A DNA stretch of 64,000 bases from Chiloscyllium plagiosum (GCF_004010195.1 NC_057718.1:9930872-9994871); one strand, 5' to 3'; positions 1 through 13,929 are shown, counted from the first letter of the stretch. Notes: generated from the letters alone by a model not told the origin. Numbers and translations are program-made.

Positions 1-1523
1 GTTTGATCTTGCCAGTGTAATGGAGACTGCACTGTGAGCAGCACATGCAGTAGACCAGCATCCAGTAGTATTTTGCTTTTATTTATGATCTGAACCTGTT
101 GAACTTGCTTTTGAGTCTGGAAAGTTGCAAAGTTCATCATCAAAAGACAAGACACTCTTCATTGGTTCCTCTTTCTTCTGTTACCTAGGTAACTATCGGC
201 AACACTTGTCAGTGCCCTATCGCTGCCCACCCAGCATCCTGAAATAACCGGCACACATTCCTGTTTAGTTGTGAGCTGGAATCCGATCTCAATTACATTG
301 TGCAGCCTTGTTCCAATTCCTTCCACTGTGTCACCAAAGAGATTCCTCAAACCTTTTCTGATTGCTGCCTGCTTACCACGTGACAGTAGGGCGTGTTAAT
401 CATTATGGTACCATAAGCTCATTAAATCTTATTCACTTATTGGTCCCTTCTGGTACCTCAAACATATGTAAATATAATCTTGCACAAGAAAGAGATGCCT
501 TTAGTTTGTTTGTTGGATCGATTCAAACTCCAACATTTTGTTTATTTTCTTCATATATTACTAAAAAGAACTAAATTGCTTTAGTGGCTATCTATATTTC
601 TTTATAAATAAAGTATATTTTTGAAATAAAAATGTTTCCCACATGTTACATTAAAACCAATGAATATTCATTTAAAATCATTAAAACGAACCATTTTCTC
701 ATCTCCTGCCCTTTATTTAAATGCTTTTTCATCAACTCGAATTGATGGATACTTTGAGGGTGCCCCAGCTGCTCTAGTTTAGTTTAATCCAAGTGATAAT
801 TAGCAAGCAAAAGGGACCAGAGATTGCAGATGTGTTGCAGTGGGGTTTTCTCCTCATTATTTAAATTGGAAATTAGTTTTGACCATTTGATCAGATTTTG
901 CTTGGGTTCAGGCCCAAGTGGTTTGTATTCAGCTCCTGTTCATGTTAGCCAACTGATAATAAACCAGAAAGAGAGAAATTGTTTCCAACCACAACAGATT
1001 GCATTAATGCAGCACCTTGAACATCCTATCCCGCAGGCTGTTCAGAAGTGTGTTATCAAACATAATCTCACTCCGAGCCACCTATAGATATATCAGGTCA
1101 AGTGATCAAAAGCTTGCTCAAGACACTGTCTTGAGGGCGAATTGGAGAGGTTTAAGGAGGGAGTTCCAGAGCTCAAGGCCTCTGTCTGATGGCAAGGCCA
1201 CCAGTTGTGGAGTGGAGGGTACATAAAACGTTGAAATCCGATGAATACAGAGGTCTGAAGGGCTGGCGAGAGCTTAGGATAAGATCAGCCATGATCATGT
1301 TAAATGGTGGAGTGGACTTGAAGGCTGAATTGCCTACTCCCGCTCCTCAATCCATGTTCCTATCAGTGCATTCATCAAAACAGAAGCAGAAGTCCATGGC
1401 TGCTGGAATTATAAGTGTTGGAAATATTCAGCAGGCGCAGGCTGTGTTCGTGGAGAGTGAAACTGAGCTCTTATCAGAGCAGTTTATTGAATCCATTTCT
1501 TTGCCATTGTAGAATTTGAAACA

Positions 1524-2498
1524 TTTCAGTAGATGTCCGACTAACACGGACATCTACTACAAATCGACCAACTCCCACAGCTACCTGGACTACACCTCCT
1601 CCCACCCTGCCCCCTGTAAAAACGCCATCCCATTCTCCCAATTCCTTTGTCTCCGCCGCATCTGCTCCCAGGAGGACCAGTTCCAAAAACGTACAACCCA
1701 GATGGCCTCCTTCTTCAAGGACCGCAATTTCCCCCCCGACGTGGTCGACGATGCCCTCCACCGCATCTCTTCCACTTCCCGCTCCTCCGCCCTTGAACCC
1801 CGCCCCTCCAACCGCCACCAGGACAGAACCCCACTGGTCCCCACCTACCACCCCACCAATCTCCATGTACAGCGCATCATCCGCCGTCACTTCCGCCACC
1901 TCCAAACAGACCCAGCACCAAGGATATATTTCCCTCCCCTCCCCTATCAGCTGTCCGTAGAGACCACTCCCTCCGCGACCCCCTTGTCAGACCCACACCC
2001 CCCACCGACCCAACCTCCACTCCCGGCACCTTCCCTTGCAACCGCAGGAGGTGCAACACTTGCGCCCACACCTCCCCCCTCACTCCTCTCCAAGGCCCAA
2101 AAGGAAACTCCCATATCCGCCACAGATTCACCTGCACCTCCACCCACATCATCTACTGCATCCGCTGCAGCCGGTGTGGCCTCCTCTATATTGGGGAGAC
2201 AGGCCGCCTACTTGCAGAGCGATTCACCCTCCCACGCTGTGTGTGTGTGTCCCTCCCTCGCTGTGTGTGTGTGTGTCCCCCCCACCCCAGTCTGACCTAT
2301 CACCCTCACCTTGACCTCTTTCCACCTATCACATTTCCGACGCCCCTCCCCCAAGTCCCTCCTCCCTACCTTTTATCTTAGCCTGCTGGACAAACTTTCC
2401 TCATTCCTGAAGAAGGGCTTATGCCCGAAACGTCGATTCTCCTGTTCCCTGGATGCCGCCTGACCTGCTGCGCTTTTCCAGCAACACATTTTCAGCTC
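1524..2498 (+). mobile_element. 5'-truncated Penelope-like element (family A): end of RT/thumb, linker, GIY-YIG start and 3' terminal repeat
   Basis: TDIYYKSTNSHSYLDYTSSHP...RRICS; after a frameshift it reads CNRRRCNTC...IIYCIRCSRCGLLYIGETGR (GIY-YIG). 14-bp TSD tagaatttgaaaca at 1510-1523 and 2499-2512. Confidence 0.92.
2403..2438 (+). ncRNA. Minimal type I hammerhead ribozyme motif (PLE family A)
   Basis: attc CTGAAGA a GGGC ttat GCCC GAAA CGTC gatt: conserved core, stem II, palindromic ACGT stem III and GUC cleavage triplet. Confidence 0.8.
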
Positions 2499-3029
2499 TA
2501 GAATTTGAAACACTCAACCTCTGGGTTGCTCTTTTAGCTCCATAATCACTGCACGTTTGTACCGCAAAATCGCTCACTTTCATAGCGGCACACGAAGATG
2601 TGCCCACTACTCTGTGTACTAGTGCAGCCTCGCAACGAATCTATGATAACCAGTTAGCATTAATGCCCTGTTGTTTCGACTACGCGTGGATTGGAACTCA
2701 CAAATGTGTCAACATCCAATGCGCTACAGAACTATTTTCCAGAGAATGTCAAAAATATCTCCAGGCATTTTGAAGCTGTGGGGAAAAACATATCCCAAGT
2801 CAGGAAAGAAAAATCGTAATGGAGTTAGTGGATGAAGCTAAATCGTTATAAAAGTGGTGATGCAGCCAGTAATGGAGGATTGACAGTCACAATTTTCCAA
2901 TTTAAGTAAGTTTTAAAATACACCAGTTGCTTGACTTTCAGCGGTTTTCAACTTGGTGATGTTATCCCAAGGTAATCATATCCCCAAAGTGGGGGGGGGG
3001 GAACATGTGCACTTTAGCTCTCATTAAAC

Positions 3030-3510
3030 TGCAAATGAATATTATGGCTTTGATTGTGGTCAGCACACTTTCTGGCATGGATTCTGAAGAAACTGCACGG
3101 AGATTCAACAGAGTAGTTCCAAAGGTGAATGATTTTAATAAAAAGGGGAAGCTGCACTTGCTCTCCTGGGAGCGAGGGAAGATTTGCGAGAGGATGACAA
3201 GATTTTAACATGTTTGGATTTACATGGACAAAGTAAAGCTCTTCTGTTCAGCTCATGATTTAAACTTTCGGGCAAGAGGTACTTTGTGAGAGAAGCTTTT
3301 TTCGGAAGTGAATGATAATAGCTAGAACTCTCAGTCCATTAGGGTGGTGGAAGCAAAGCTGATAAATGGGTGGGCGTTTGAAAGAATTAAATTTGCAGGC
3401 AATGGGAATGGAGCAGGAGAATCTGACTGATTGGATTAGATTGCTTCACAGAGAGCTAGCATTGACTTAGTGGAGCTGAATGGTCTCCTTCACTGCCAAG
3501 ATGATACTTT
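3030..3510 (+). mobile_element. Old, degraded CR1 LINE 3' fragment
   Basis: Decayed similarity to the CR1 ORF2 C-terminus and 3'UTR seen in other copies (ggagctgaatggtctccttc). Confidence 0.55.
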
Positions 3511-3564
3511 GAATTGTGCTGTGCTCTGGCTGCTGAGAGCTGACTATTAAAAATGGGGTTGGAT

Positions 3565-3920
3565 TCATAGAATCACAGAATGACTACAGTGTGGAAACAG
3601 GCCATTTGACCCATCAAGTCCACACCGACCCTCCGAAGAGCATCCCACCCACACTCATTCCTACCTATCCCTATAACCCTGCATTTCCCAGGGCCAATCC
3701 ACCTAGCTTGCACAGCCCTGCACACTATGGGCAATTTAGCATGGCCAATCCACCTAATCTGCACATCTTTGGACTGTGGGAGGAAACCAGAGCAACCGGT
3801 GAAAACCCACACAGACACTGGGAGAATGTGCAAACTCTGCACAGACAGTATACCAAGGATGGAATCAAAACTGGGTCCCTGGCACTGTGAGGCTGCAGTG
3901 CTGGCCACTGTGCCGCCCAT
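3565..3920 (-). mobile_element. HE1/V-SINE-type tRNA-derived SINE
   Basis: The minus strand starts gggcggcacagtggccagcactgcagcctcacag, has the central gtgtgggtttt...ctggtttcctcccacagtccaaagatgtgcag domain, and ends in a CR1-type tail. Confidence 0.88.
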
Positions 3921-4098
3921 TTAGCTCAGTTGGCTGGACAGTTGGTTTGCAAAGCAGTATGATGTCATTATGATGATGGACTGACCTTCTCAACCTCTTC
4001 CTCTCGCTTGAGGTATGGTGGCTGTCAGCTTAAATCGCCACTAGTCCTGTCTCTCTAATAAGAGAGCAGCCCAGTGGTCTGGTAAAACTATGGTGACA
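3921..4098 (+). mobile_element. Second tRNA-derived SINE family (other copies ~23160-23290 +, ~43270-43480 -, ~45740-45960 -)
   Basis: tagctcagttggctgg head and a shared body ctcaacctct...tgaggt(g/a)tggtg...ttaaa.cacca...ctatggtgac recurring at four loci. Confidence 0.65.
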
Positions 4099-5223
4099 CA
4101 ACAAATAGTGAGTCATTAAACTGACTTGAGGTCGACAGAAGGAATGGAAAGCGTGGGAAAGAAACCTTGGTAAAATACTGTTCACTTGGCATTATTTAAA
4201 AGATAGCTTTGCAGAGTTCCTGTTATTTTTTGAGTAGATCCTATTGAATAAAATATGTGTAAATTATTGCATTGGATATGAATGGAAACTTACTTTGAAT
4301 GGGATGAGCTGTTAGATGTATTTTTATTGTGCCTTGGACTTGAGAATGATTCTGTTGTAAATCTTCCATCATTAAAGAAGATTGAAGAACAAGGCAGAAA
4401 GTATACCATGCAACCTCCGTTAAGTAAATCTATTAATTGGGCATTTTGCCAAGCCTTATTTGCAGGGTTGGTGCAGGCTTAATGTATCCTGATGCCTTTA
4501 TGTTACCTAAAGTTTATTTGTAGCACTGAAGAAAATTGCCTGTATTGGCTTAGCTCACTGGAGTGTGTGCCACATATCTCATGAGAAATGCGTTAAAACA
4601 GCAACTGCGGGAAAACATTTTCAACAGGTGAGGCATACGGTTAACATTTCTGTTTTGATCAGAATCGGAAAATGTTGAACATGTAGCCAGTTTTCGTTAA
4701 ATGATGATGCAATGAATAGGAAACCAAATGGCCTTGTATCAATCATCTCTTTGATGTTTAACCTCAGCCTTCATTTTTGTTCATTTAAATGTTCTACAAA
4801 ATCAAAGGTGTTATGTCAATGTAAGATGATGTTGTAGCAAAAATGATAGAAAAATCAGATGACTGAAGTTTTCTATGGTGGCTGTGAATAATTTCCCACC
4901 AATTCTTTTCCCAATCTCTAAATATCTGGGACCACACATCAGTGTCACATGAAGAAGGTCATTGACTTGAAATGTTAAGTCCAGGTCTCTCTCTGCAGAT
5001 TCTGCCAGATCTGCCATATTTTTCAGCATTGTCTGTTGTTCTTATTGATGCTACCAGCTGTGGCTTTGGACTGAATAGAATAACACTTGAACAGATCATT
5101 CAGAAATTCATCAAGTACATATGCTGTGAATCAGTATTTGTAATTTAAGAAGCTTCTATTTTGCTATTTCCTTCTGAATTTGATGATGTGGATGCAAAAA
5201 AATGTCTTCTGGGTATACTTATG

Positions 5224-5589
5224 ATTTGGAGATGCCGGTGTTGGACTGGGGTGTACAAATTTAAAAATCGCACAACACCAGGTTATAGTCCAACAGGTTT
5301 AATTGGAAGCACAATAGCTTTCGGAGCGACGCTCCTTCATCAGGTGGTAGTGGAGGGCTCAATCCTAACAGAATTTATAGCAAAAATTTACAGTGTGATG
5401 TAACTGAAAGTATACATTGAAAAATTGATTGTCTGTTAAGCTTTTCAGTTACATCACACTGTAAATTTTTGCTATAAATTCTGTTAGGATTGAGCCATCC
5501 ACTACCACCTGATGAAGGAGTGTCGCTCTGAAAGCTAGTGCTTCCAATTAAACCTGTTGCACTATAACCTGGTGTGGTGTGATTTTTAA
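5224..5589. mobile_element. Non-coding fold-back mini-element of PLE family B with two opposed hammerhead motifs
   Basis: Long inverted arms (~5260-5410 vs ~5440-5589). 15-bp TSD ctgggtatacttatg at 5209-5223 and 5590-5604. Confidence 0.85.
5506..5540 (+). ncRNA. Minimal hammerhead motif (family B); antisense twin at 5310-5346
   Basis: cac CTGATGA a GGAGT gtc GCTCT GAAA GCTA gtg: stem I cac/gtg, palindromic AGCT stem III and CUA triplet. The twin has a perfect GGAGC/GCTCC stem II. Confidence 0.75.
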
Positions 5590-6834
5590 CTGGGTATACT
5601 TATGGTTTCGAAAGAATCCCATCAACAAAGCAAGCAACTTGATCTATGCACAAACTTCCCTCTCATACCCTGTTACACACACTACCCTGCCCAATTTTCC
5701 TTTGTAACACAACTTTCACCTTTAACCCTATTTTTTCATTCCCTTTCTAATGCTTCCCAACTCCCAAACCAAGGTACACATTGGCCTGCAAATGGGAAGG
5801 CTTTTGATTCTCGGAAAATGTTTTTTTTTGGATGGAGCGACAATGTTTTGGTTGCCATTCTTAATCCACCTGTTTCGGCACATTAGGTCACAGCCCTGTG
5901 ATCATTATATCCTAAGTTGCGGCTTGAACCCAGACTTTCTGGACCAGAGGTAGGGACACCACCTCTGCACCCCTAAAGCGATTGCAGTAGGATTTGAGCT
6001 GTTAAACTGTTTGTTTGCCCATTTGTCAACACTCTTGCTCTTCCAGTTGTAGAACAACACCAACCTTTTGCACTCACCCAAGTGTAGATCTTTTAACGTC
6101 AGTTGTTCTTCCAGTGCTTAAGTCAGACATCCGTCCGCCAAAAGCCGTCAAACCGGTCGATTATCTCTTCATTTGAGATTTTGCTCACAGCACAAGTAGG
6201 TGGTGAACTTCAAACAACTTCATTGTACAATTGGAATTGTGATGAGGCAAGTGTTTTCATTTTTGCAATTGTTCATGACCGGCGACTGGATTGTTTAGAA
6301 GTCTCAATTAGTACACTTGAAGTATTTTAAATTCACACAAGAGGAACACCCTCTTCTATTGTTACAGGCAATTATATCCCTGTGCTGGGAGGTATCGCAA
6401 CTAGAGTGTGATTTGAATGTTGTTTTATTTGGACAGACAGCTGGTTACCGTGTGGCTTTCCTTCATGACGCGGTGTCATGTTTGAGGAAACCAATTGCCG
6501 TGAGGTTTCCTGGATAGGTTGCCTCAACCGGAAAGGCGTCCTTTTCCAAAGCGATGCTGAAGGTTTGCGAGAGAGACAGAAAGGAAGCATGATGAAATAA
6601 AAACAATTTCTACACAACAAAATCCCACAAACAATAATAGGATCATGACAGATCATTTGAGTTTAAGGATTATTGAGGGATCAGTATAAACCAGAACAAT
6701 TAGTTGAAACTCAGCTGTTTCCTAATCACCCTGTTCAGAGATGCAATTACATACCTCTGGAGCAGGTCGGACTTAAACCTGAGCCTTCTGTCCCAGAGCT
6801 AAGAGTTGGTGCTTTGTCTGGGGTCAAGGGCCTA

Positions 6835-7645
6835 GTCATAAAGTCATAGAGATGTACAGCATGGAAACAGACCCTTCGGTCCAACCCGTCCATGCCGACC
6901 AGATATCTCAACCAATCTAGTCCCACCTGCCAGCATCCGGCCCATATCCCTCCAAACCCTTTCTATTCATATACCCATCCAAATGCCTCTTAAATGTTGC
7001 AATTGTACCAGCGTCCACCACATCCTCCGGCAGCTCATTCCAGGTCTCTTTTATATCTTTCCCCTCTCACCCTAAACCTATGCCCTCTAGTTCTGGACTC
7101 CCCGGCTCCAGGGAAAAGACTTTGTCTATTTATCCTATCCATGCCCCTGATAATTTTGTAAACCTCTATAAGGTCACCCCTCACCCTCCAACGCTCCAGG
7201 GAAAACAGCCCCAGCCTGTTCAGCCTCTCCCTATAGCTCAAACCCTCCAACCCTGGCAACATCATTGTAAATCTTTTCTGAACCCTTTCAAGTTTCACAA
7301 CATCTTTCCGATAGGAAGGAGACCAGAATTACATGCAATATTCCAACAATGGCCTAACCAATGTAGAGCTGCAACATGACCTCCCAACTCCTGTACTCAA
7401 TACTCTGACCAATAAAGGAAAGCATACCAAACGCCTTCTTCATTATCCTATCTACCTGCGACTCCACTTTCAAGGAGCTATGAACCTGCACTCCAAGATC
7501 TCTTTGTTCAGCAGCGCTCCCTAGGACCTTACCATTAAGTGTATAAGTCCTGCTCTGATTTGCCTTTCCAAAATGCACCATCTCTCATTTATCTGAATTA
7601 AACTCCATCTGCCACTTCTCAGCCCATTGGCCCATCTGGTCCAGA
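6835..7645 (-). mobile_element. CR1 LINE 3' part (ORF2 C-terminus + 3'UTR)
   Basis: KLERVQKRFTMMLPGLEGLSYRERLNRLGLFSLERWRVRGDLIEVYKI; HFGKANQSRTYTLNG; tail gtttccatgctgtacatctctatgact. Confidence 0.92.
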
Positions 7646-7649
7646 TGGT

Positions 7650-8560
7650 TGCAGAACAGAGGGACCTAGGGGTTCAGATACATAATTATTTGACCTTCCT
7701 GTCACAGGTCGACAGGATGGTTAAGAAGGCATTTAGCACGCTTGCCTTCATTGCTCAGACTTTTGAGTCTGAAGTTGGGACATCATGTTGAGGTTGTACA
7801 GATGTTGGTGAGGCCTCGATTGGAATGCTGTGTCTGATTCTGTTTGCCCAGTTACAGGAAGGATATTTTTAAGCTGGAGAGGGTTCACGAGATTTATCAG
7901 GATGTTGCTAAGAATGGAGGATTTGAGTGATAAGGAGTGGCTGGAACCTTTTTCACTGGAGTGTAGGCGGTTAAGAGGTGACCTTATAGAGGTTTATAAA
8001 ATCATGAGGGGTCTAGATAAGGTGAAAGGCAGTTGTCTTTTCCCATGGGTGGGGAATTTCAAGACTGGGGAAGAAATAGAGTCAGAGATATGCAACACAG
8101 GAACAGACTCTGTGTTCCAATTTGTCCATGCCAACCAGATATCAGAGATAAACCTAGTCCCATTTGCCAGCATTTGGCCATATTCCTTTTAAATGTTGTA
8201 ATTGTACCAGCCTCTACCACTTCCTCTGGCAGCTTATTCCAGGCACGTACCACACTCTGTGAAAAGGTTGCCCTTTAGGTCCCTTTTAAATCTGTACCCC
8301 CTCACCTTCAGTCTGTGCGCTGTAGTCGTGGACTCCCCCACCTAAGGGAAAATAGCTTGTCTGTTTACCTGATCCATGCCCCTCATGATTTTAAAAAACC
8401 TATTTTAAGATGAGAGGAGAAAGATTTATAAAGGACATGAGGGCAACTTTTTTTATACACAGAGTGGTTCGTGTGTGGAATGAACAGCCTCTTCGGAGAA
8501 TCCGTGTGAACTCAATGGGCTGAGTGGCCTGCTTCCACACGATCTGGATTCTATGATTCT
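7650..8560 (+). mobile_element. CR1 3' fragment with a nested opposite-strand CR1 piece (~8075-8395)
   Basis: RRLRGDLIEVYKIMRGLDKV on +; RAWNKLPEEVVEAGTITTFKR on -. Confidence 0.82.
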
Positions 8561-9454
8561 ATTTTTTAAACAAGATAATTAAGTATTCCCCAAAATGGCA
8601 GGAAGTTCGGAGGACATCAATGGTTCGTCCCTACCCAATCTCTAATCTCCCAGTTGCTGTAAATGTTTTATGAGCTCTCACTCTGTGTATGGTTCAGAGA
8701 AGGAAGACTTAAGTTCTTTTGTTGACTGCCAGCTTACCCTGGCAGTTGGCCTATTTGGCAGTGGACAGGGACCTACCTCTGAGACTAGTTATTACTGATT
8801 GCAACTTACAACTGCAATTTTGACAGCAGTAGTGATTTACCACTTCAAAGTTTGGGCGACCTATCAATGCTAATGGGAAGAGTCAGGTTTCAGTATTTGT
8901 TTGTCTGACTGCAGTCTGCCAGTATAAACAAATATATTCATCTTGTTTCCATACAGAAGAAGCATTGCTGTTGTAAAGTTAATGCTGCTACTTATTGTTG
9001 CTCCTACACAGTAACACAGGAACAGGACGTTGTGGAATTAACTGAACTCTATCAGGATCAGTTCTTTGAGCCTAATTAAAGAATTATATTTTTCCACAGT
9101 ATACTAACCGCACAGGAATGCTGAAGATCCCTCACTTGATCTCAATGCCAGCCCTTCTATTGGAAGTAACAGTTGATAACATCAGGTGAAGCGTGTACAA
9201 GACTCCTTTGTCCAGTGAAGTAGGTTGCAGTACATTGTCAAGGTGAAGATGTGTAATCGTCAATTAGGTGGGAGTTGTCTGAGAATGATGCCTTCTGGGA
9301 GACATGAGGCACTGTAAAAGTGAAACTGTTACTTGCTTTATTTCCCTCTGCTGCAGGTACAGTCTCACACTGAGGAACCACTTGTATAATAGTAATGTCA
9401 CTCAGCTAATAATCCAGAGGCTCAGACTAATGTTATGGTTTTAATTTTACCATC

Positions 9455-10160
9455 GGTCAGTGCATGGAGTACAGGAGTTTGGAGGTCATTGCAGCTGTAC
9501 AGGACATTGATTAGGCTGCTTTTGGAATATTGTGTTCAATTCTGGTCTCCCCACTTTGGGAAAGATATTGTACAACTTGAAAGGGTTCAGAAAAGATTGA
9601 CAGGGATGTCACCAGGGTTGGAGCTGTAGGGAGAGACTGAATAGGCTCGGGCCATTTTCCCTTGAGTGTTGAATACTCAAAGAAAGTGAGGACTGCAGAT
9701 GTTGGAGATCAGAGTCAAAACATGTGGCACTGGAAAAATGCAGCAGGTCAGGCAGCATCTGAGGAGCAGGAGAGTCACTTTTAGGCATAAACCATTCATC
9801 AGGCTGAGGGTGACCTTTTATAGAGGCTTATGAAATCATGAGGGGCATGGATAGAATGTATAGTCAAGGTCTTTTCCCTGGGGTAGGGGAATCCAAACTA
9901 AAGGGCATAGAATTAAGGTGAGGGGGAAAGATTTAAAAGGGACCGAAGAGGCAACATATCGAAATAGAGGGTGGTGCGTGTATGGAATGAGCTGCCATCC
10001 AGAGGAAGCCAGTGGAGGCTGGTACAATTACAACATTTAAAAGGCATCTGGATGAGCATATGAATAGGAAAGGTTTGGAGACATACAGGCCTTGTGCTGG
10101 GAAATGGGACTCGATATTTGGTCAGCATGGATGAGTTGGGCCTCAGTGACTCTATGGCAT
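9455..10160 (+). mobile_element. CR1 3' fragment interrupted by a PLE family A terminal piece (~9680-9802, minus)
   Basis: LEYCVQFWSPHFGKDIVQLERVQKRLT; the insert aaagtgaggactgcagatg...gcaggtcaggcagcatc...ttcatcagg is the reverse complement of the PLE end. Confidence 0.82.
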
Positions 10161-10226
10161 CTGATGGAATTTAAACTAAATTAATGAAATCTGCAATATT
10201 GAAAACAAAATCTGGTCTTGGTAATG

Positions 10227-10431
10227 ATCAAAGTCAGAAATCTCACGACCCCAGGTATAGACTAACAGGTTTATTTGAAATCCCAAAGCTTTGGAGCGTG
10301 CCCCTTCATTAGATGAAGTGGACGGAAGCAGCCCTTCAAAAGCTTGGGATTTCAAATAAACCTGTTGGTCTATAACCTGGTGTCGTGTGACTTCTGACAT
10401 TGTCCACCCCAGTCCAACACCGGCACCTCAC
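10227..10431. mobile_element. Degenerate family B PLE fold-back mini-element
   Basis: Arms aacaggtttatttgaaatcccaaagcttt / aaagcttgggatttcaaataaacctgtt; tail caccccagtccaacaccggcacctc; 10-bp TSD cttggtaatg at 10217-10226 and 10432-10441. Confidence 0.75.
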
Positions 10432-12024
10432 CTTGGTAATGGTGACCATGATAACTATCATCGATTGTTGGAAAAATCCATCTGGTTCCCTCAAGTTTGT
10501 TGGGGAAGGAAATCTGGGCCTACATGTGACTCTGGACCCAAAGCAATGTGGGTGACCTTTCAACTGTCTTCTGAAATGGCCTAACATACCAAAAGCAATT
10601 AAGTATAGGCCACGAATTCTGTCCTCGCTGATGACACCCGCATCCTGTGGAAAAATAAGGAGAAAACTATTATGGTGCCCGTTGAGGAGGAGGTGAAGCT
10701 GAAGGACAGTTTGCCTCCTCTGTGCATTACTAATAAGGAGGCAGACTCAACATTAACCCTTAACTATTTTGAAAATAGTGCAGGGAATAAAGGCAAATTC
10801 TTCTTCACATCAGTTGGCTTATGGAATACTACAGGAATGGGAAAGAATTCACAAGCAAAATTCTTTTCTACCTGACTGCAGGACTGCAGACATGAGTGGG
10901 AGCTTTTTAACCTGTGCTGTTGGCGTGGACGTCTGAGCTCCCACTCAAAGGGGAAAGGCTTTTCAAACATCGCCTTTGATTTATGATATGATCTGAACTC
11001 TCACTCCCATACATTTTCGAACATCATCCATTAATCAGAAACCTTTCCTAATTGACCAGCCCAAAGCACTCTCCCTATTCCTGTATTTTTTCAGCCTATT
11101 GTCAGAAGCAACTTGTACTCCATTAAGTAGTATTTATTTGGACAGTTTTCTTACATGATTGAGTGTTCATCAGTCTTGCAAGCAATTAATGCCTTGTACA
11201 GTCAGAATCTAATGTATTTGGTTATCTACTGATAAGTGGACTCTATCATTGATGTATCACCTAGTCGGCTGACAGTGGGGGTACTGGAGCAGTCTTTAAG
11301 AGTGATAAATGAAGTAACATTTTCTCAAGAACTTGCATTCTCCTGAAGTTGTTCCCTGGCAGTTATTTGTCTCCTGCGTTTCCGATTGTGTTTCAGATCT
11401 TGAAATCTAGCGGTTATGTTGTTGGACTGGTGATCCTGACCTGTGTTGCAGAGGTCAAACAGCCACCATGACAGCTTAAAAACGTGAATTCTGTTTTGAA
11501 AGATCTGGAAATCAGAAGTTGCTGACCATGAAGCTGTTGAATTATTGTTGCAAAGAATAGCTGGCTGTTGGACCTTGGAGATGGCTCCCGTGACATCAGT
11601 GACAGGACCTCTATTGTCAGTATGGGCCTGTACATGCACAATTTGATTTCAGCACCCGTTCATGTGCTATAAAGAGTTCAGGTGTATTAGATATGCACTA
11701 TCATTAAATAGCATGAAGTTTAAGTTGTCCCAGCATTATTCCTTTTTTGTGACTGAACGTTAGCGTGCTTTGCTGGGACTGCATAGCTCTGAGGATCAGA
11801 GGGGCACAGTTTTAAAAGTGTTTTCCAAATTAAGCAAATGTCAAGTGAGAGGATTTTTTTTCCTCAGTGAGCAGTTAGGGTTTGGAGTGCACATTGTGGA
11901 AGTGTGGTGGAGGCAGGTTCTATTGAGACGTTTAAGAGTGCAGTGAATGGTTATTTAAATAAGAGCAATATGCAGGGTTACAGGGAAAAGGCAGGAGATT
12001 AGACCATGAGATGCTGAAGCAGAA

Positions 12025-12505
12025 TGGGTGGCATGGTGGTGCAGTGGTTAGCACTGCTGCATCACAGCACCAGAGTCCCAGGTTTGATTCCACCCTCGGG
12101 TGACTGTCTGTGTGGAGTTAGCACGTCCTGACCATGTCTACATGAGTTTCCTCTGGGTGCTCCAGTTTCCTCTTGCAGTCCAACAGTGTACAGGTTAGGT
12201 GGGAAATGTAGAGTTACAAGCATTGTGTAGGGTGTGTGTGTATGGAGTGAGCTGCCAGGGGAAGTGGTGGAGGCTGGTACAGTTACAACATTTAAAAAGA
12301 ATCTGGATGGGTATATGAATAAGAAGGTTTTAGAGGGATATGGGCCAAATGATGGCAAATGAAACCAGATTAATTTAGAATACTTAGGATGATTTACAGA
12401 TGAGTTGGACTGAAGTGTCTGTTTGTGTGGTGGGATTCTCTTTGCACGTTCAGTAATGACTCAATTGGCCGAATGGCCTACTTTCTCACTGTTGTGATTC
12501 TATGA
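12025..12505 (+). mobile_element. HE1-type SINE interrupted by a CR1 3' fragment (~12225-12430)
   Basis: Head gggtggcatggtggtgcagtggttagcactgctg; CR1 ELPGEVVEAGTVTTFKK; SINE tail resumes at ~12430. Confidence 0.75.
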
Positions 12506-13929
12506 AAAATAGGCCATTTGGTCTATTTCTGCACTCAGTGAGATCATGACCAATCTGATAACACTCAAATCCACCTTCATGCCTTTTCCCCATCATTGTT
12601 GATTCCCTTACTGGTTAAGTACAGTCAAGGTTGGGAAGGTGGATTTATTTTAATCTACAGCTGTGACCAGCACTGTGTTAACATGTGCAGAGAACCAGTA
12701 TAGACACGATGGGCTGAATGGTCACCTTCACTACAATACATTTATGATTCTGCAATGCTGTGTTTCTGCACATGCACATTTGTTGCACCATCTAGTGGTG
12801 AAACATTGACAATACTTCCTTTGGAGGCAAATTAACTGTAGTTGCTGCTATGATCTATTTACTTACTAGCCTTTTAGAGACAAATCTACCACACAGAAAA
12901 GAGCCCTTTGGCCCATTGAGTTCATGCCAATCATACCAAACACCTCAATATTCTAATCTCATTTTCCAGCACTTGGCCCATGGCCATATGTGGCTACATT
13001 CCCAAAAGAGCAATGGACCCAAAACTGTGGTCATAGAGTCACAGAGATTGCCAGCACGGAAACAGACCCTTTGGTCCAACTCGTCCATGCTGACCAGATA
13101 ACCCAACCTATTTAGTCTCACCTGCCAGCGCTTGGCCCATATCCCTCTTAACCCTTCTTATTCATAAACCATGATGCCTTTTAAATGTTGTAATTGTCCC
13201 AGCGTCCACCACTTCTTCTGGCAGCTTATTCCATACACTCACCACCCACTGCGTGAAAACATTGCCCCTTACGTCCCTTTTTAAATTTTTCCCCTCTCAC
13301 CCTAAACCTATGCCCTCCAGTTCTGGACTTCCCCCACCCCAGGGAAAAGACTTTGTCTATTTATCCTATCTATGCCCCTCATGATTTTATAAACCTCTAT
13401 AAGGTCAGCCTTCAACGCTCCAGGGAAAACAGCCCCAGCCTATTTAGCCTCTCCCTATAGCTCAAATCCTCCAACCCTGGCAACACCCTTGTAAATCCTC
13501 TCCAAACCCCCTCAAGTTTCGCAACATGCCTCTGATAGGAAGGAAACCAGACTTGAACACAACACTCCAAAAGTGGCCTAGCCAACATCCTGCACAGCCG
13601 CAACATGACCTCCCAATTCCAAAATCGATGCTCTGACCAATAAAGCAAAGCATGCAAAACGCTGCCTTTGCTAACCTATCCACCTGCGACTCTACCTTCA
13701 AAAAGCTATGAACCTGCACTCCAAGGTCTCTTTGTTCAGTAACACCCCCCAGGATCCTACCATTGAGCATGTAAGTCCTGCCCTGATTTGCTTTCCCAAA
13801 ATGCAGCTCCTCGCATTTATCCAAATCAAACTCCATCTGCCACTCCCCAGCCCATTGGCCTATCTGATCAAGATCCCACAGTAATCCGAGGTAACCTTCG
13901 GTGTCCATTACACCTCCAACCCTGGTGTC

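Larger units (their letters stand above)
9375..10660 (+). mobile_element. SINE family with gggcaattagggatggg...aaatgctggcc-type tail, here interrupted by CR1 and PLE insertions (intact copy at ~37495-37800)
   Basis: Head taatccagaggctcagactaatg at ~9410; continuation gaatttaaa...ggaaggaaatctg...tacatgtgactc...gcaatgtgg at 10165-10660 aligns by eye with 37495-37800. Confidence 0.6.
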
